A stretch of DNA of 64,000 nt from Candidatus Hodarchaeota archaeon (GCA_016839815.1 JAEOTM010000047.1:1-64000), one strand, 5' to 3'. Positions 10,111 through 20,034 are shown, counted from the first letter of the stretch. Numbers and translations are program-made. Notes: generated by a model not told the origin, from the sequence alone.

Positions 10111-10740
10111 TTACGTTCTTCTTAATGCCTCGGCTGGATTCAATCTGGAAGCTCCATATACAGGAATTATGGATGCAAAGACAACTAATATGCTTGACAA
10201 AATTACTCCTCCAATACCTAAAAGACCAATAAACTCCGTTTGTGTATTTAGGAAAGCCATTGTAGAATCATAGTTAAATTCCAACAATGTTAATCCAATT
10301 CCAATCAGTACTCCTAAAATCGAACCAAATATCCCTGATATAATCCCTATGAAGAGACTTTCAAAGAGGAAAAGTTTGATTACATGACTGGGTAGAGTAC
10401 CAAGAGTCATGTATGTTCCAATTTCTCCACTACGCTGTCCCACTTCCATGAACATAGAATTAGTGACACCTACAACACATAATATTAGTCCTACTAAAAA
10501 TAAGTAACTCTGTTCTCTCGCTATATTAGATGTTGGATCAAAATGGTCTACTAACATTGAATAGACAATCAGGGTAATAATAAAGGAGATACCCAGTATG
10601 ATACCGACACTAGTAATTAGTACTCGTCCTTTTCTCTGACGGATATTTTTCCATGCATGCTTAAGAGCTGTTGTGGAAGTATATTGGGTTTTGGGTAATC
10701 CTAACCTGTTCAGTTTAGTCATTAACAATATCCTCCTCAA
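10111..10740 (-). CDS. Short FtsX-like ABC permease
   Basis: Four TM helices, QRSGEIGTYMTLG, C-terminal LNPAEALR. Almost no extracellular domain. Confidence 0.85.
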   Translation of the reverse strand: MRRILLMTKLNRLGLPKTQYTSTTALKHAWKNIRQRKGRVLITSVGIILGISFIITLIVYSMLVDHFDPTSNIAREQSYLFLVGLILCVVGVTNSMFMEVGQRSGEIGTYMTLGTLPSHVIKLFLFESLFIGIISGIFGSILGVLIGIGLTLLEFNYDSTMAFLNTQTEFIGLLGIGGVILSSILVVFASIIPVYGASRLNPAEALRRT

Positions 10741-11101
10741 TCTCTTCTGGATGTTCCAAAGTTTCTAGCTTCAAACTATCATCAATGATTTGTCTCCACT
10801 GGATTTTTTCTGTAATTAACTCTTCAAGATGAGATTTGAGAACTATTCTTGCTTTCTCTTCACCCAATCGTGTTGCATTCCACGTAACATATGGGGAATA
10901 AAATCTTGCACGTTCTAACTGAGCTTGATTCTCAACAATTTCAAATTTAATAAATCCTAACTCTCCTAAATAGCAAACTGAATTTGGACAAAGAATATCA
11001 ACTTCTCTCATTTCCTTTTTAAGGTAAAGTATGTTATAATCAGAAGAGTCATTCAATTTGTGGCCACAAGGACATTGTGCATGTGTTTCTTTAGAATCCA
11101 T
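10715..11101 (-). CDS. Hypothetical Cys-rich (zinc-ribbon-like) protein
   Basis: CPCGH and CPNSVC motifs. First gene of the ABC operon. Confidence 0.65.
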   Translation of the reverse strand: MDSKETHAQCPCGHKLNDSSDYNILYLKKEMREVDILCPNSVCYLGELGFIKFEIVENQAQLERARFYSPYVTWNATRLGEEKARIVLKSHLEELITEKIQWRQIIDDSLKLETLEHPEEIEEDIVND

Positions 11102-11218
11102 TTCTAAACTTCCAAAGAGACGAAATAAAACTGAGATTACTGGTAACTACTGTGTAGTGGTATTTTATTTCCCCTATTTATCGTGATTGGTCTTATTTTC
11201 TTAAGTGTTGTCTTCTCT

Positions 11219-11256
11219 GATATATTGGATTTTGATATATCGGTGTTTGATATTTA
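11219..11256. promoter_or_regulatory. Putative PadR operator 4, triple box (GATATATT-N7-GATATATC-N7-GATATTTA)
   Basis: Three octamers at 11219, 11234 and 11249, upstream of the ABC operon. Confidence 0.8.
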
Positions 11257-11266
11257 AAAATGATCC

Positions 11267-12664
11267 CTATCCAACAATTTTCCCAAGTTTGGTTTTTCTG
11301 GGTTTCCCAAGAATTCTTAGATGATCAACTCGCATACTCGGAATTTTTGAAAAGTATCCTGAATCTACTTCATCACCAATTCCTGATATCTTACCTAATA
11401 GTTCATAGATATTTCCAAAAATCGATATTTTACCCACAGCCTTTGATTCTTTTCCATTTTTTATGTTAAAGGCTTCTGATGTCCTCAATTCGAAATCTCC
11501 AGTAAGAATATCTAGATAATTCAAAGAAGCAATCCCATTAACCCTTACTCCATTCGTTATTCCCTCCTGCAATTGATTATCCCCCTGTTTGGTCGGTTTA
11601 ATCAATAAATTTGTTAGAATAATAGAGGGGGGAATACGATGTATAGGATTACCTATGATATCTGGTATGCCTCGTAACGTATTTCCAGAGGGCGATTGAT
11701 TACCTGCATGTATCAGATCTTTGGGCTTATTTTTTAGCATTCCTTCACGATATAGTAGTAATTCTTTCGTTTGTATTCCCTCATGGTCAAATGGACTAGA
11801 ACCTAGCCGTGTAGCATCATTCGCATCCTCTCGTACTTCAATCAAAGGTGAGATTTGCCTTGGTAAATCAGGATTTTTGGGATTTATTGAATTTGAAAGG
11901 AGAGGACGGAGAATCAGATCACCAATTTGACACATTGCACTAGTATCAAAAACGACTGTCAGGATTTGATTATCTGTTATTCTTTTAGGTTTTGTATATT
12001 CCTTTGACTCAGCTAGTTCAGCATCAAAATCTATTGACAAAGCATCTGTAAGATTCCGATAAATTCTCCTATAATTCTTTTCAAAAATAATCTCAGCTTT
12101 AAGACCTGCTATAAACCGCGCTTGAGTCATTATAAAAGAATCAGAGTGATTGATACTTAAATCATTAGAATTAACTATTGCAATATCTCGTTTTTTAGTC
12201 GCTACAACACCCGATTCAAGATATATGGGCACTTTATGAGCTTGAACGGAATCTCGAAGAGTTTGAGCGTGTTCTACTATTTCGGTTAAAGAAAATCTAT
12301 CGATTTTTGAATCATATTGATTCAGAAATTCATTATTCATCTGAGGTTTTTCGGATGCAAATTCAAATATTTTCGAAGAAAAAGCTGGAACAGAGGAATT
12401 CAAAATAGAACTTAGCTTATCTTCAAGGGTTTCCTTATTGTATCCATCAATCGTTTGGAAAACCATTTGACTATTCTTTTGGTAGCGAATACCAAATCCA
12501 AGTTCTTCTGATGTGGAAAGATCCACAATCTTACTTGAGGAAAATAATACCTGTTTTACTATAGATTGAGTCCCGAATACCTCCGCTGTAGCAGCTCCAG
12601 ATTTCATAACTTCATCGTATACTTCTCTCGTTTGTTCCAACAGGGTGTTTTGGGTTGATTCCAT
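11267..12664 (-). CDS. pmbA: Divergent TldE/PmbA-like subunit (pair 2)
   Basis: GFGIR, SSPFDHEG, TGDFEL, GNIYELL. Confidence 0.8.
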   Translation of the reverse strand: MESTQNTLLEQTREVYDEVMKSGAATAEVFGTQSIVKQVLFSSSKIVDLSTSEELGFGIRYQKNSQMVFQTIDGYNKETLEDKLSSILNSSVPAFSSKIFEFASEKPQMNNEFLNQYDSKIDRFSLTEIVEHAQTLRDSVQAHKVPIYLESGVVATKKRDIAIVNSNDLSINHSDSFIMTQARFIAGLKAEIIFEKNYRRIYRNLTDALSIDFDAELAESKEYTKPKRITDNQILTVVFDTSAMCQIGDLILRPLLSNSINPKNPDLPRQISPLIEVREDANDATRLGSSPFDHEGIQTKELLLYREGMLKNKPKDLIHAGNQSPSGNTLRGIPDIIGNPIHRIPPSIILTNLLIKPTKQGDNQLQEGITNGVRVNGIASLNYLDILTGDFELRTSEAFNIKNGKESKAVGKISIFGNIYELLGKISGIGDEVDSGYFSKIPSMRVDHLRILGKPRKTKLGKIVG

Positions 12665-12683
12665 TCGTATTTCGTCCTCTTAC

Positions 12684-14069
12684 CTATCTTTCTTGAACTT
12701 GAAATCGTTCGAAAAGCATACTTGGGGAAACTACTCCACAGATGATACCACCACCTTTTGTACAGTGGATCCCTGACACAACAGCTTTATTTCCAATCTT
12801 TTGAAGGCCTGTAGTAAAATCTTTGATTGGTGAAGTAATGATTACTGACAGGGGGAGATCTTTATGCAATTCTCCATTTGTAAAAAGAAGAGAATGTTCT
12901 GGTAATATTTTCAATGTATTATTTGGCCAATCTACCGAGACTTCCAAAGATCCTTGACAAAAAACCCCTTGTTGAGCTTTAGTCATCATTTCGTGAATAC
13001 TCGCATCCCCAGGTTGTATCTTGAGATTTGTAGTTACAGGGAAGAGATACTGGTTATTCAATGATAAACGTGCATTTCCACTGTTTTTTACTTTTAGAGT
13101 TTCTGCAGAGTTAGAATCTGTAATATAGCTAGTAACTACTCCATCTTTCACTAGAATCGTTTCTGTACTCGGTAATCCCTCAGCATCGAGATAAAACTTT
13201 ACTAGTCGAGGATCCGAATAATTTGGTATGTCATGAATGCTTATAGCTTTTGAAAAAATCCTTTTCTTATATTTTTTCCTCCAAGGACTCCCAGAAACAG
13301 CAAAATCACCATCTAAACCATGGATCAGTTCATGAAATATAGCTCCTGTCAGATTTCCGTCCATAATGACGGGCATCCTTTTCTTGGGTGGTAAGGTAAC
13401 AAGTGTCGAATTTAGAAATCTCTGAGCTTTGGTTTTACCAGTTATTGCAGCAAGTTTTGGAGAAAAATTTGTTTTGTTTATTGCCCCAGCTAAAGTAAAA
13501 GACCGATGTAGTTTTTTCAGTGCATATTCATAATGCATATTAAGATCCAAGTTAAATTCTGATATTGGATAAGACACAAATTGAGCGTTAGAATTACCTA
13601 AGTATAACATTCCCTCTCTATCCTGATATCTAAAACTAGTTTCTATTCTTGAAGAAATTTCCCTAATTGATGAATCAATCTTCTTCAGAAAGTTAATCTT
13701 TTCCCTATCTGAAATATCCTGTTCTTTTTCCTCTAATAATCGACTAGATTTCATGTCATTTAATTTATGAAGGACTGGCTTTTGAGAAATCTGAGGTTCT
13801 ATCGAACCAGATGTTCGAAGGGATGAAAAAGCATTTTCAACTACTTGGTTGAGAGACTGATCAGATATAGATGTTGTATGGCTATGACCAAAGGATTCAT
13901 CAATCCAGAGAGCTAGGTATAATTCGATACGATCTGAAGTATGATTCCACTCTTTTTTCCCTTGTGAAAACGTTAATTCAAAACATTTAAGCTGTGTTAA
14001 TCTAATCTCAGAGTAAGTGGCACCTTGTTCTTTACAAAGAGTGGTAATAATCTTAAAAGTATTGTACAA
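12684..14069 (-). CDS. tldD: Divergent TldD-like subunit (pair 2)
   Basis: FHELIHG, DAEG, SGNAR, C-terminal CTKGG. Confidence 0.8.
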   Translation of the reverse strand: MYNTFKIITTLCKEQGATYSEIRLTQLKCFELTFSQGKKEWNHTSDRIELYLALWIDESFGHSHTTSISDQSLNQVVENAFSSLRTSGSIEPQISQKPVLHKLNDMKSSRLLEEKEQDISDREKINFLKKIDSSIREISSRIETSFRYQDREGMLYLGNSNAQFVSYPISEFNLDLNMHYEYALKKLHRSFTLAGAINKTNFSPKLAAITGKTKAQRFLNSTLVTLPPKKRMPVIMDGNLTGAIFHELIHGLDGDFAVSGSPWRKKYKKRIFSKAISIHDIPNYSDPRLVKFYLDAEGLPSTETILVKDGVVTSYITDSNSAETLKVKNSGNARLSLNNQYLFPVTTNLKIQPGDASIHEMMTKAQQGVFCQGSLEVSVDWPNNTLKILPEHSLLFTNGELHKDLPLSVIITSPIKDFTTGLQKIGNKAVVSGIHCTKGGGIICGVVSPSMLFERFQVQER

Positions 14070-14166
14070 TCAAAAACCTCAGGTTTGAAGAATATTGGGA
14101 GGGAATAGCTATTGTTTACAATTGAATTCTGTTGAGTTAAATAATTAGTTTAAAGGAATATGAATG

Positions 14167-14201
14167 AAAAAAAACGAAGAAAGGAAGTATATTCTTCCTT
14201 T
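14167..14201 (-). terminator. Hairpin plus U-tract terminator after the OPT gene
   Basis: AAAGGAAG-TATATT-CTTCCTTT (14180-14201) followed on the minus strand by CTTCG and T8. Confidence 0.6.
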
Positions 14202-14220
14202 ATTCTACTTAGAGTCTATC

Positions 14221-16413
14221 TTATGTCTTGGGTTTTCGTAGATAACCAAGATTCTTTCTTCTGGTGAGTAAGGAATATATAATTATGACGATTACAATCA
14301 CTGCTATCCCAAGTACAATTGCTATAATTGCTCCAGGATCGAACGCGAAATAGAGGTTAATAAATACATCTACTGCTGTTATCACACCAACTCCAGTTAA
14401 TGCACCGGCTCCAATTGGCATACCTATGTCCATGAAGCCCTCGACTCCTTTACTTCGAATAAATACTATTCTAATTAATCCACCAATACCCATGGTGACA
14501 ATTAAGAACGGTGGCATTGCTGTACCAATACCTACACCTATAGGATTTATAGGAGCAAACCCTAATGGAATTCGAATTAAGACAAGAATAACACCGATAA
14601 GAGCACCTAATAATAATGGTAAAATTTTGAAAACCTCTAAGCTCCCTGATAAAAAGGCAAGAGAGGTCTCAATTCCGGGATCCCATGCTTGAGTGGGTAA
14701 TTTCTCTGATCTAAGTCCATAAGCACTCCAAAGAAATAATGCTACAAAAGGACCAATGAGCATAGGAATCCCACGTCTTATAAATTCACTTGCTCCTACC
14801 TTCCAGAATGTTAAATTGATCTGTTCAGCCATAACACAATGAGCAATATACCCACAACCAGATTGTTGTGCGGAAAACGTAACACCACCTATTGAATATG
14901 CAGGATAATTCATACGAATTCCCGATAGGAAAATTGTCAAATCGAACAATTGTGGAGAGGGGGCCATACCCATTCCCATTGTACCGAGAGATCTTGTAAT
15001 CATCAAGTTTGATAGAAGCGGAAAAATCGTCACTAGAAAAAGTACTACAATAATCCACAGAGGATCGAAATAATCTGATAAAACGATCCATATTATCCCG
15101 TATACAATTCCTACCCCAAAGAAAACTAGTAAGCTGGTAGTTAATGGTAATTCCCCTTGTTTTGATATAGATCGCATCTTTTTCAGATCTCTTAAAGAAG
15201 CGACTAATAATTTACTAGAAAGTAGTAGGGGAAGCATTGAACCAACAAAAATGATTGCTGCTGAGAATGAAATTCCCCAAATGCTTTGAGATTCTCCCCA
15301 AAGTGCCATTATTGCTCCCTTAGAACCCCCTTCACTCGTATACTTCAGAAATGGCCATAAACCTTCAAAGTTTATTCCTTCAGCAAACCAGGAAAGATCT
15401 GCATACTTGCCATAAGGATTAAATCCAATTGTCCACATAATTGCTAACATAGGCATAATTACTAAAGAGAAGGTCAGGGCACCCAAAAGAGCTCCAAAGG
15501 AAACCTCTTTTGGTACTAAAAAGCCTAGGATTAAGAAAAAGGCGTTAAAGCTAACAGCAAAGAATGCACCTTTTAATAGTGGATGAATATTCCATAATTC
15601 TTCTGTGAAAAAGATACTTGTTTCAATAATCCCGCCCCGTGAACCTGGATCATCCACAGGTAATGCAGGATTCAAAAAAGGAAGCCAATCTAGAATAGAT
15701 CGAATCGGTTCAATTTTGGTTATATTATACATCAAATCGGGCATATTTACATCAAGAGTATTTGGAATGTACAGTATCGTCATTACAATTGTAGCACCAA
15801 GAAGTCCTCTTACGAAATATTTGAATCGATAATCCATTTTACCAGAGGCTAGATTCTGGACTGTTTCCGCTTTTAGGGAATGGATTGGCCATGGCATGAC
15901 TTCTAATTCCATATAGTATTTTCTAAGAATAAACCCAAATCCTAAACCACTTAAGATACCAATTTGGTAGAGAAGGAAGAAAAATATTATAGGATAAAGC
16001 CATTCAACAGCAATAGGTATTCTATCCGCAATTATACCTGAATTTATATCAGGCAACATCCACCATGGTAAGGTTATTCCTGCATCGATTATTTTCTCGT
16101 GAGTAGCAAACTGAATCCAATATACAACTGATGAGGCGGACAAAGCAGGTGTTGCAGCTAAGACTAATCCTAATTCTTGTTTTGTGGCTTTTTCTCCAGT
16201 CCATGCAAAATACCTAGAGATTATTAATCCCGCAACAAACATGAAGGCCCAACCACTGAAGATACCAGTAGTCATATCTGCATAAGTGGCTGCGAATGAG
16301 AAAAAACCGCCTAAGACGGTCATGGCAAGAATTACTCGTAGTGACATTTCCCGTTTTTTGTTAACATTTACTGCTGAGGCCTTTAGAACCTCTTCTGCAT
16401 TATAATCACTCAT
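14221..16413 (-). CDS. OPT/YSL-superfamily oligopeptide transporter
   Basis: About 730 aa, highly polytopic. N-terminal SLRVILA, TKQEL, MPWP, C-terminal GVGIG..PP motif. Confidence 0.75.
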   Translation of the reverse strand: MSDYNAEEVLKASAVNVNKKREMSLRVILAMTVLGGFFSFAATYADMTTGIFSGWAFMFVAGLIISRYFAWTGEKATKQELGLVLAATPALSASSVVYWIQFATHEKIIDAGITLPWWMLPDINSGIIADRIPIAVEWLYPIIFFFLLYQIGILSGLGFGFILRKYYMELEVMPWPIHSLKAETVQNLASGKMDYRFKYFVRGLLGATIVMTILYIPNTLDVNMPDLMYNITKIEPIRSILDWLPFLNPALPVDDPGSRGGIIETSIFFTEELWNIHPLLKGAFFAVSFNAFFLILGFLVPKEVSFGALLGALTFSLVIMPMLAIMWTIGFNPYGKYADLSWFAEGINFEGLWPFLKYTSEGGSKGAIMALWGESQSIWGISFSAAIIFVGSMLPLLLSSKLLVASLRDLKKMRSISKQGELPLTTSLLVFFGVGIVYGIIWIVLSDYFDPLWIIVVLFLVTIFPLLSNLMITRSLGTMGMGMAPSPQLFDLTIFLSGIRMNYPAYSIGGVTFSAQQSGCGYIAHCVMAEQINLTFWKVGASEFIRRGIPMLIGPFVALFLWSAYGLRSEKLPTQAWDPGIETSLAFLSGSLEVFKILPLLLGALIGVILVLIRIPLGFAPINPIGVGIGTAMPPFLIVTMGIGGLIRIVFIRSKGVEGFMDIGMPIGAGALTGVGVITAVDVFINLYFAFDPGAIIAIVLGIAVIVIVIIIYSLLTRRKNLGYLRKPKT

Positions 16414-16607
16414 TCAGTTTTACCTCTATTTTGTCCATTTCTGATTGAATTATGAAAGCACAAAGATCCTTGGATTATTTATCCAAAAAAGCGATAAGAA
16501 TAAGTCTTTCTTCTTCATTCTTAAGAGTTATGGCATATTCGCTATATTAGCACAAATCCTACCAATTTAGATGTAAAAAAATGAGAATTACCACTTTTTT
16601 ATTTATG

Positions 16608-16630
16608 GATATGTCCGAATCTGATATATC
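16608..16630. promoter_or_regulatory. Putative PadR operator 5 (GATATGTC-CGAATCT-GATATATC)
   Basis: 15-bp period, mid-way in the divergent OPT/FtsX promoter. Confidence 0.75.
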
Positions 16631-16806
16631 AAATGGTTTACTCTTCTACTTTATTTCAAATATCGCCATATTAACTTGAAGGATTTGTAAGTTTAACAGC
16701 ACTCGGATTCAATTCAGCAAATATGGAATATTATCTAAGGAAATTTTCTTTATCAACATAAAATATATCAATATAAAATTCAGACTTTTTTTATGGAGTT
16801 AAATTT

Positions 16807-18546
16807 ATGGTTAATTTCCAGAAGAGCATTGAAACTATGTTAGGTTCCACTGCTGGGTTTATGTTAAATATAAGTGTACGGAATCTTTCACGTCAGCGTA
16901 GAAATACCATTCTTACAATACTAACAATATTTGTTGCTATGTTTAGTTTCTTGCTCTCTGTTTCAATTGTATCTAGTGCTTCAATCAGTGTTCAGGAGTA
17001 CACTGCTACTAGTTCAGGAGAAGGACTAGTAATACATGATTATGGTAATTTCCTTTACCAAGAAGATCTTGACCAATTAAAGACAATCTCATCCATAACG
17101 ACGAGTATCCCACGGATTCGCTTGATTGGCCGATTAGCATATAACCAGCTCACAATAAAAAACAACTCAGATGTCCTTCGTTCCATCTTGTATCCTTTTG
17201 CTAGTAATTTTTCACTGGAGAATGAACTTTCAAATTTGTCAGAGGTTTTAAGTTCGGGGGTGTTACCTAAAGCTGGAAATGACATATGTATTTCTGACAA
17301 CTTAGCTACAGATTTAGAACTGCAACCTGGGGATCAAGTAGCTATTCAAACAGTAGGTTACAATATTTCTGGAATTATAGATTCTTCTGCTCTATTCACA
17401 TTTACAGACTTTACTGGTAACTGGGTTCTCCCAGAAGATGTTGAATCTGGGACTCATCAACCAATTCCGAGTACTAACGTAGCATTCGTGCCCTTCCAAT
17501 TACTCTGGCAAATACTGCCTACAATAAATGAAGCCCTTATTGCGAATAATGCTTATAATGAAATTCAAGTGAGCTTAGAACCTGATGCTGAGACTTTTGA
17601 CTTAATTGAGCAATTACTTCCTATAGAAGTTGATCAAACAAAAGAAATTACCGTTATCGAGGGATTTAATCAGTTTAAATATCAGGTTGAGACCCAAATC
17701 TCAGTACGTGGATTCACCTTTATGATCTTCGTATTAATCATCGCAGGTTTAATTATATTAAATACACTACTAGGGGCAATTACTGCTCGAATGAAGGACA
17801 TTGAAGTTTGGTCTAGTGTAGGAGCGAATCCTAGTCACATTAAGTATAATTTCATGTTTGAAAGTATGATCTTTGGTGCTATTGGTGGAACTCTAGGCTA
17901 TATTGCTGCAATTATGTTTTCACTCACTGGTATACTACTTGGATTTCAAACCAGTATTACTCCCGATAAATATGACTTTAACTGGCTATTCTTAACCGTC
18001 TTAGTAGCAGTTATATTGAGTCTACTCTCCGCAATTTATCCTTCAAGAAAAGCCTCAACAGCGGTTGTTCCTAGTTTGAAAAGATCCTGGAAACCAGGAC
18101 TAGGGGAGATGTTAACTCAGCAATACACATTCGATGAAGAAGAAATTCCGATCACACTTGAACCACAAGATTTTGAAGATTATGCATCTTATATTCAGAC
18201 AAGGATGGATATTCCGACTTTTTTCAAGGTAAAGCGGAAATGGCCCGTTCAAGTTCAGAGTCTTGAAAATGATCAAGTAAAGAGATCATTCAAACTGGAT
18301 GTCGCTGTTTTTTCCGCGGAAGGAACTTACGCCTTAATTTCCATATGGAGTATAGAGGAACCTGATATACATACAATGAAAGTATATGCACAGGTTAACC
18401 CTTATTCCTCATTTGGAGAAAGTTCAGGATGGGCACAAAGTAGCACGAATTTTAACAAAGCTGCGTTTGATGTTCTCAATATGCTTAGACAATTATCACT
18501 TAAATGGCGTGTGGAAGGTAGAAAATTCGTTATTGAGCGCGAATAA
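16807..18546 (+). CDS. FtsX/MacB-like ABC permease with extracellular domain and C-terminal cytoplasmic extension
   Basis: RNLSRQRRNTILT, RMKDIEVWSSVGANP, IYPSRKAS...VPS. Confidence 0.85.
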   Translation: MVNFQKSIETMLGSTAGFMLNISVRNLSRQRRNTILTILTIFVAMFSFLLSVSIVSSASISVQEYTATSSGEGLVIHDYGNFLYQEDLDQLKTISSITTSIPRIRLIGRLAYNQLTIKNNSDVLRSILYPFASNFSLENELSNLSEVLSSGVLPKAGNDICISDNLATDLELQPGDQVAIQTVGYNISGIIDSSALFTFTDFTGNWVLPEDVESGTHQPIPSTNVAFVPFQLLWQILPTINEALIANNAYNEIQVSLEPDAETFDLIEQLLPIEVDQTKEITVIEGFNQFKYQVETQISVRGFTFMIFVLIIAGLIILNTLLGAITARMKDIEVWSSVGANPSHIKYNFMFESMIFGAIGGTLGYIAAIMFSLTGILLGFQTSITPDKYDFNWLFLTVLVAVILSLLSAIYPSRKASTAVVPSLKRSWKPGLGEMLTQQYTFDEEEIPITLEPQDFEDYASYIQTRMDIPTFFKVKRKWPVQVQSLENDQVKRSFKLDVAVFSAEGTYALISIWSIEEPDIHTMKVYAQVNPYSSFGESSGWAQSSTNFNKAAFDVLNMLRQLSLKWRVEGRKFVIERE

Positions 18547-18579
18547 TAAATTATTCCCCGCATATAGAAAGGAAATACA

Positions 18580-20034
18580 ATGGAAATCACAAATGATTAC
18601 TCTGAGCTGATGGACTATGCAATATCCATTTTAAATCAGAGAAATGTAAATTATGGAGATGTTAGATATACAAAACACCTCGAACTCAAATTAATTGCTC
18701 GTGATTCAAGAATCGCAGAGATTACGAGAAGCTCCGAGACAGGGATTGGTATTCGTGTTCAATCAGAAAAAGGGGCTCCACTTGCTTTTGTATCTACAAG
18801 CAATGTCTCTCAAGAGTCTTTACGGCATATAATTGATGAAGCCTATCAAAGCAGTCTTACTCTTTCTCACCTGTCTTCAAACGGTTCCACTCATCTTGCA
18901 GATCAACCACTAATAACACGAAATCTTGTTCATACATCTAAAGATTCAATATTTACCTCTGATATAACCGATGTCAAAGATTATGCGTTATCTCATGTAA
19001 ATGAAATTAAGGAAAACGATGTTTCATCCGCAAGTTGTGGATTGGCAGGTATCATTTCTTATAAACACATCATGACTACAGAAGGTACTGATGCAACTTT
19101 CTTAGTGGATGGAGTTGGATATAAAGGTGATGCAACAATTAGAAAGATGGGTCAGTTCCAAACTTATGCAGATCGGAAAGGAGGAACTTTTGGGTTAAAA
19201 GATCTATATTCGCTTTTAGATGATGGAAACCTAGCTCAAGAGATAGGAAAAACTGTTAGTATGATGGTCAAAGGTAAACCTATTGATTCAGGACAGTTTG
19301 ATGTGATTATTGATCCTGCATTCGCAGGTCTTCTCGCTCATGAATCCTTCGGTCACATGACGGAAGCTGATGCAGTAACAACACGCGCTTCAGCTCTTAC
19401 TGATCGTTTAGGTGAACGATTAGCACCAGATTTTGTGTCTATTGTTGACGATCCTACCTATAACCACGGTGCATGGAATTTTCTTGATGATGAAGGAGTT
19501 ATCGGAAAACGGAATATCATCTTAAACAAAGGGATTCTTGAAAACTACATGTCCGATCGAAGAAATGCCTACAAATTAGACACCGCAAGTACTGGAAATA
19601 GTCGAGCTTCTGATTATGGATATCCGCCAATTGTAAGGATGACAAATACCTGTTTCCTTCCCCACGATCATTCACTCGACGAAATGGTCGAGGACGTGAA
19701 AGATGGACTATTTTTGAAAGGACATGCTGGAGGAGAATCAGGAACTACTGGTAAATTCTCCTTTAGAAGTCAAGTCGGGTTTCTAATAAAAAATGGAGAA
19801 ATCGGTAGTGTGATTTCTAGTGTCACCCTTAATGGAAACATTCTTGATTACTTGAAAAAGATCGATGCGGTTGGACGGGAGTTCTCCTTAGAAGTCGATT
19901 GTGGCTTTGGAGGATGTGGAAAAGGAGGACAAAGAGCACTAGTGGGCTTAGGAGGAACATATATTCGATTCAGAGATGTTTCGGTAACTTCGATATCCAA
20001 ACCGAAGATGCCAATGATGGGGATGATGAAATGA
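18580..20034 (+). CDS. tldD: TldD metalloprotease (pair 3)
   Basis: GIGIRV, HESFGH, DDEG, RMTNT, CGKGGQ. Confidence 0.92.
   Translation: MEITNDYSELMDYAISILNQRNVNYGDVRYTKHLELKLIARDSRIAEITRSSETGIGIRVQSEKGAPLAFVSTSNVSQESLRHIIDEAYQSSLTLSHLSSNGSTHLADQPLITRNLVHTSKDSIFTSDITDVKDYALSHVNEIKENDVSSASCGLAGIISYKHIMTTEGTDATFLVDGVGYKGDATIRKMGQFQTYADRKGGTFGLKDLYSLLDDGNLAQEIGKTVSMMVKGKPIDSGQFDVIIDPAFAGLLAHESFGHMTEADAVTTRASALTDRLGERLAPDFVSIVDDPTYNHGAWNFLDDEGVIGKRNIILNKGILENYMSDRRNAYKLDTASTGNSRASDYGYPPIVRMTNTCFLPHDHSLDEMVEDVKDGLFLKGHAGGESGTTGKFSFRSQVGFLIKNGEIGSVISSVTLNGNILDYLKKIDAVGREFSLEVDCGFGGCGKGGQRALVGLGGTYIRFRDVSVTSISKPKMPMMGMMK

Noticed and set aside
16747-16769. Possible sixth operator (AATATATC at 16762)
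   Set aside because: The partner box 15 bp away matches poorly.
16414-16806. Short ORFs in the OPT/FtsX intergenic region as RiPP precursors
   Set aside because: Only short, featureless ORFs with no leader/core character. The region is better explained as a divergent promoter.
19899-20030. 44-codon N-terminal extension of TldE3 in the ORF track
   Set aside because: It overlaps the tldD3 coding region. ATG 20031 forms a standard ATGA translational coupling.
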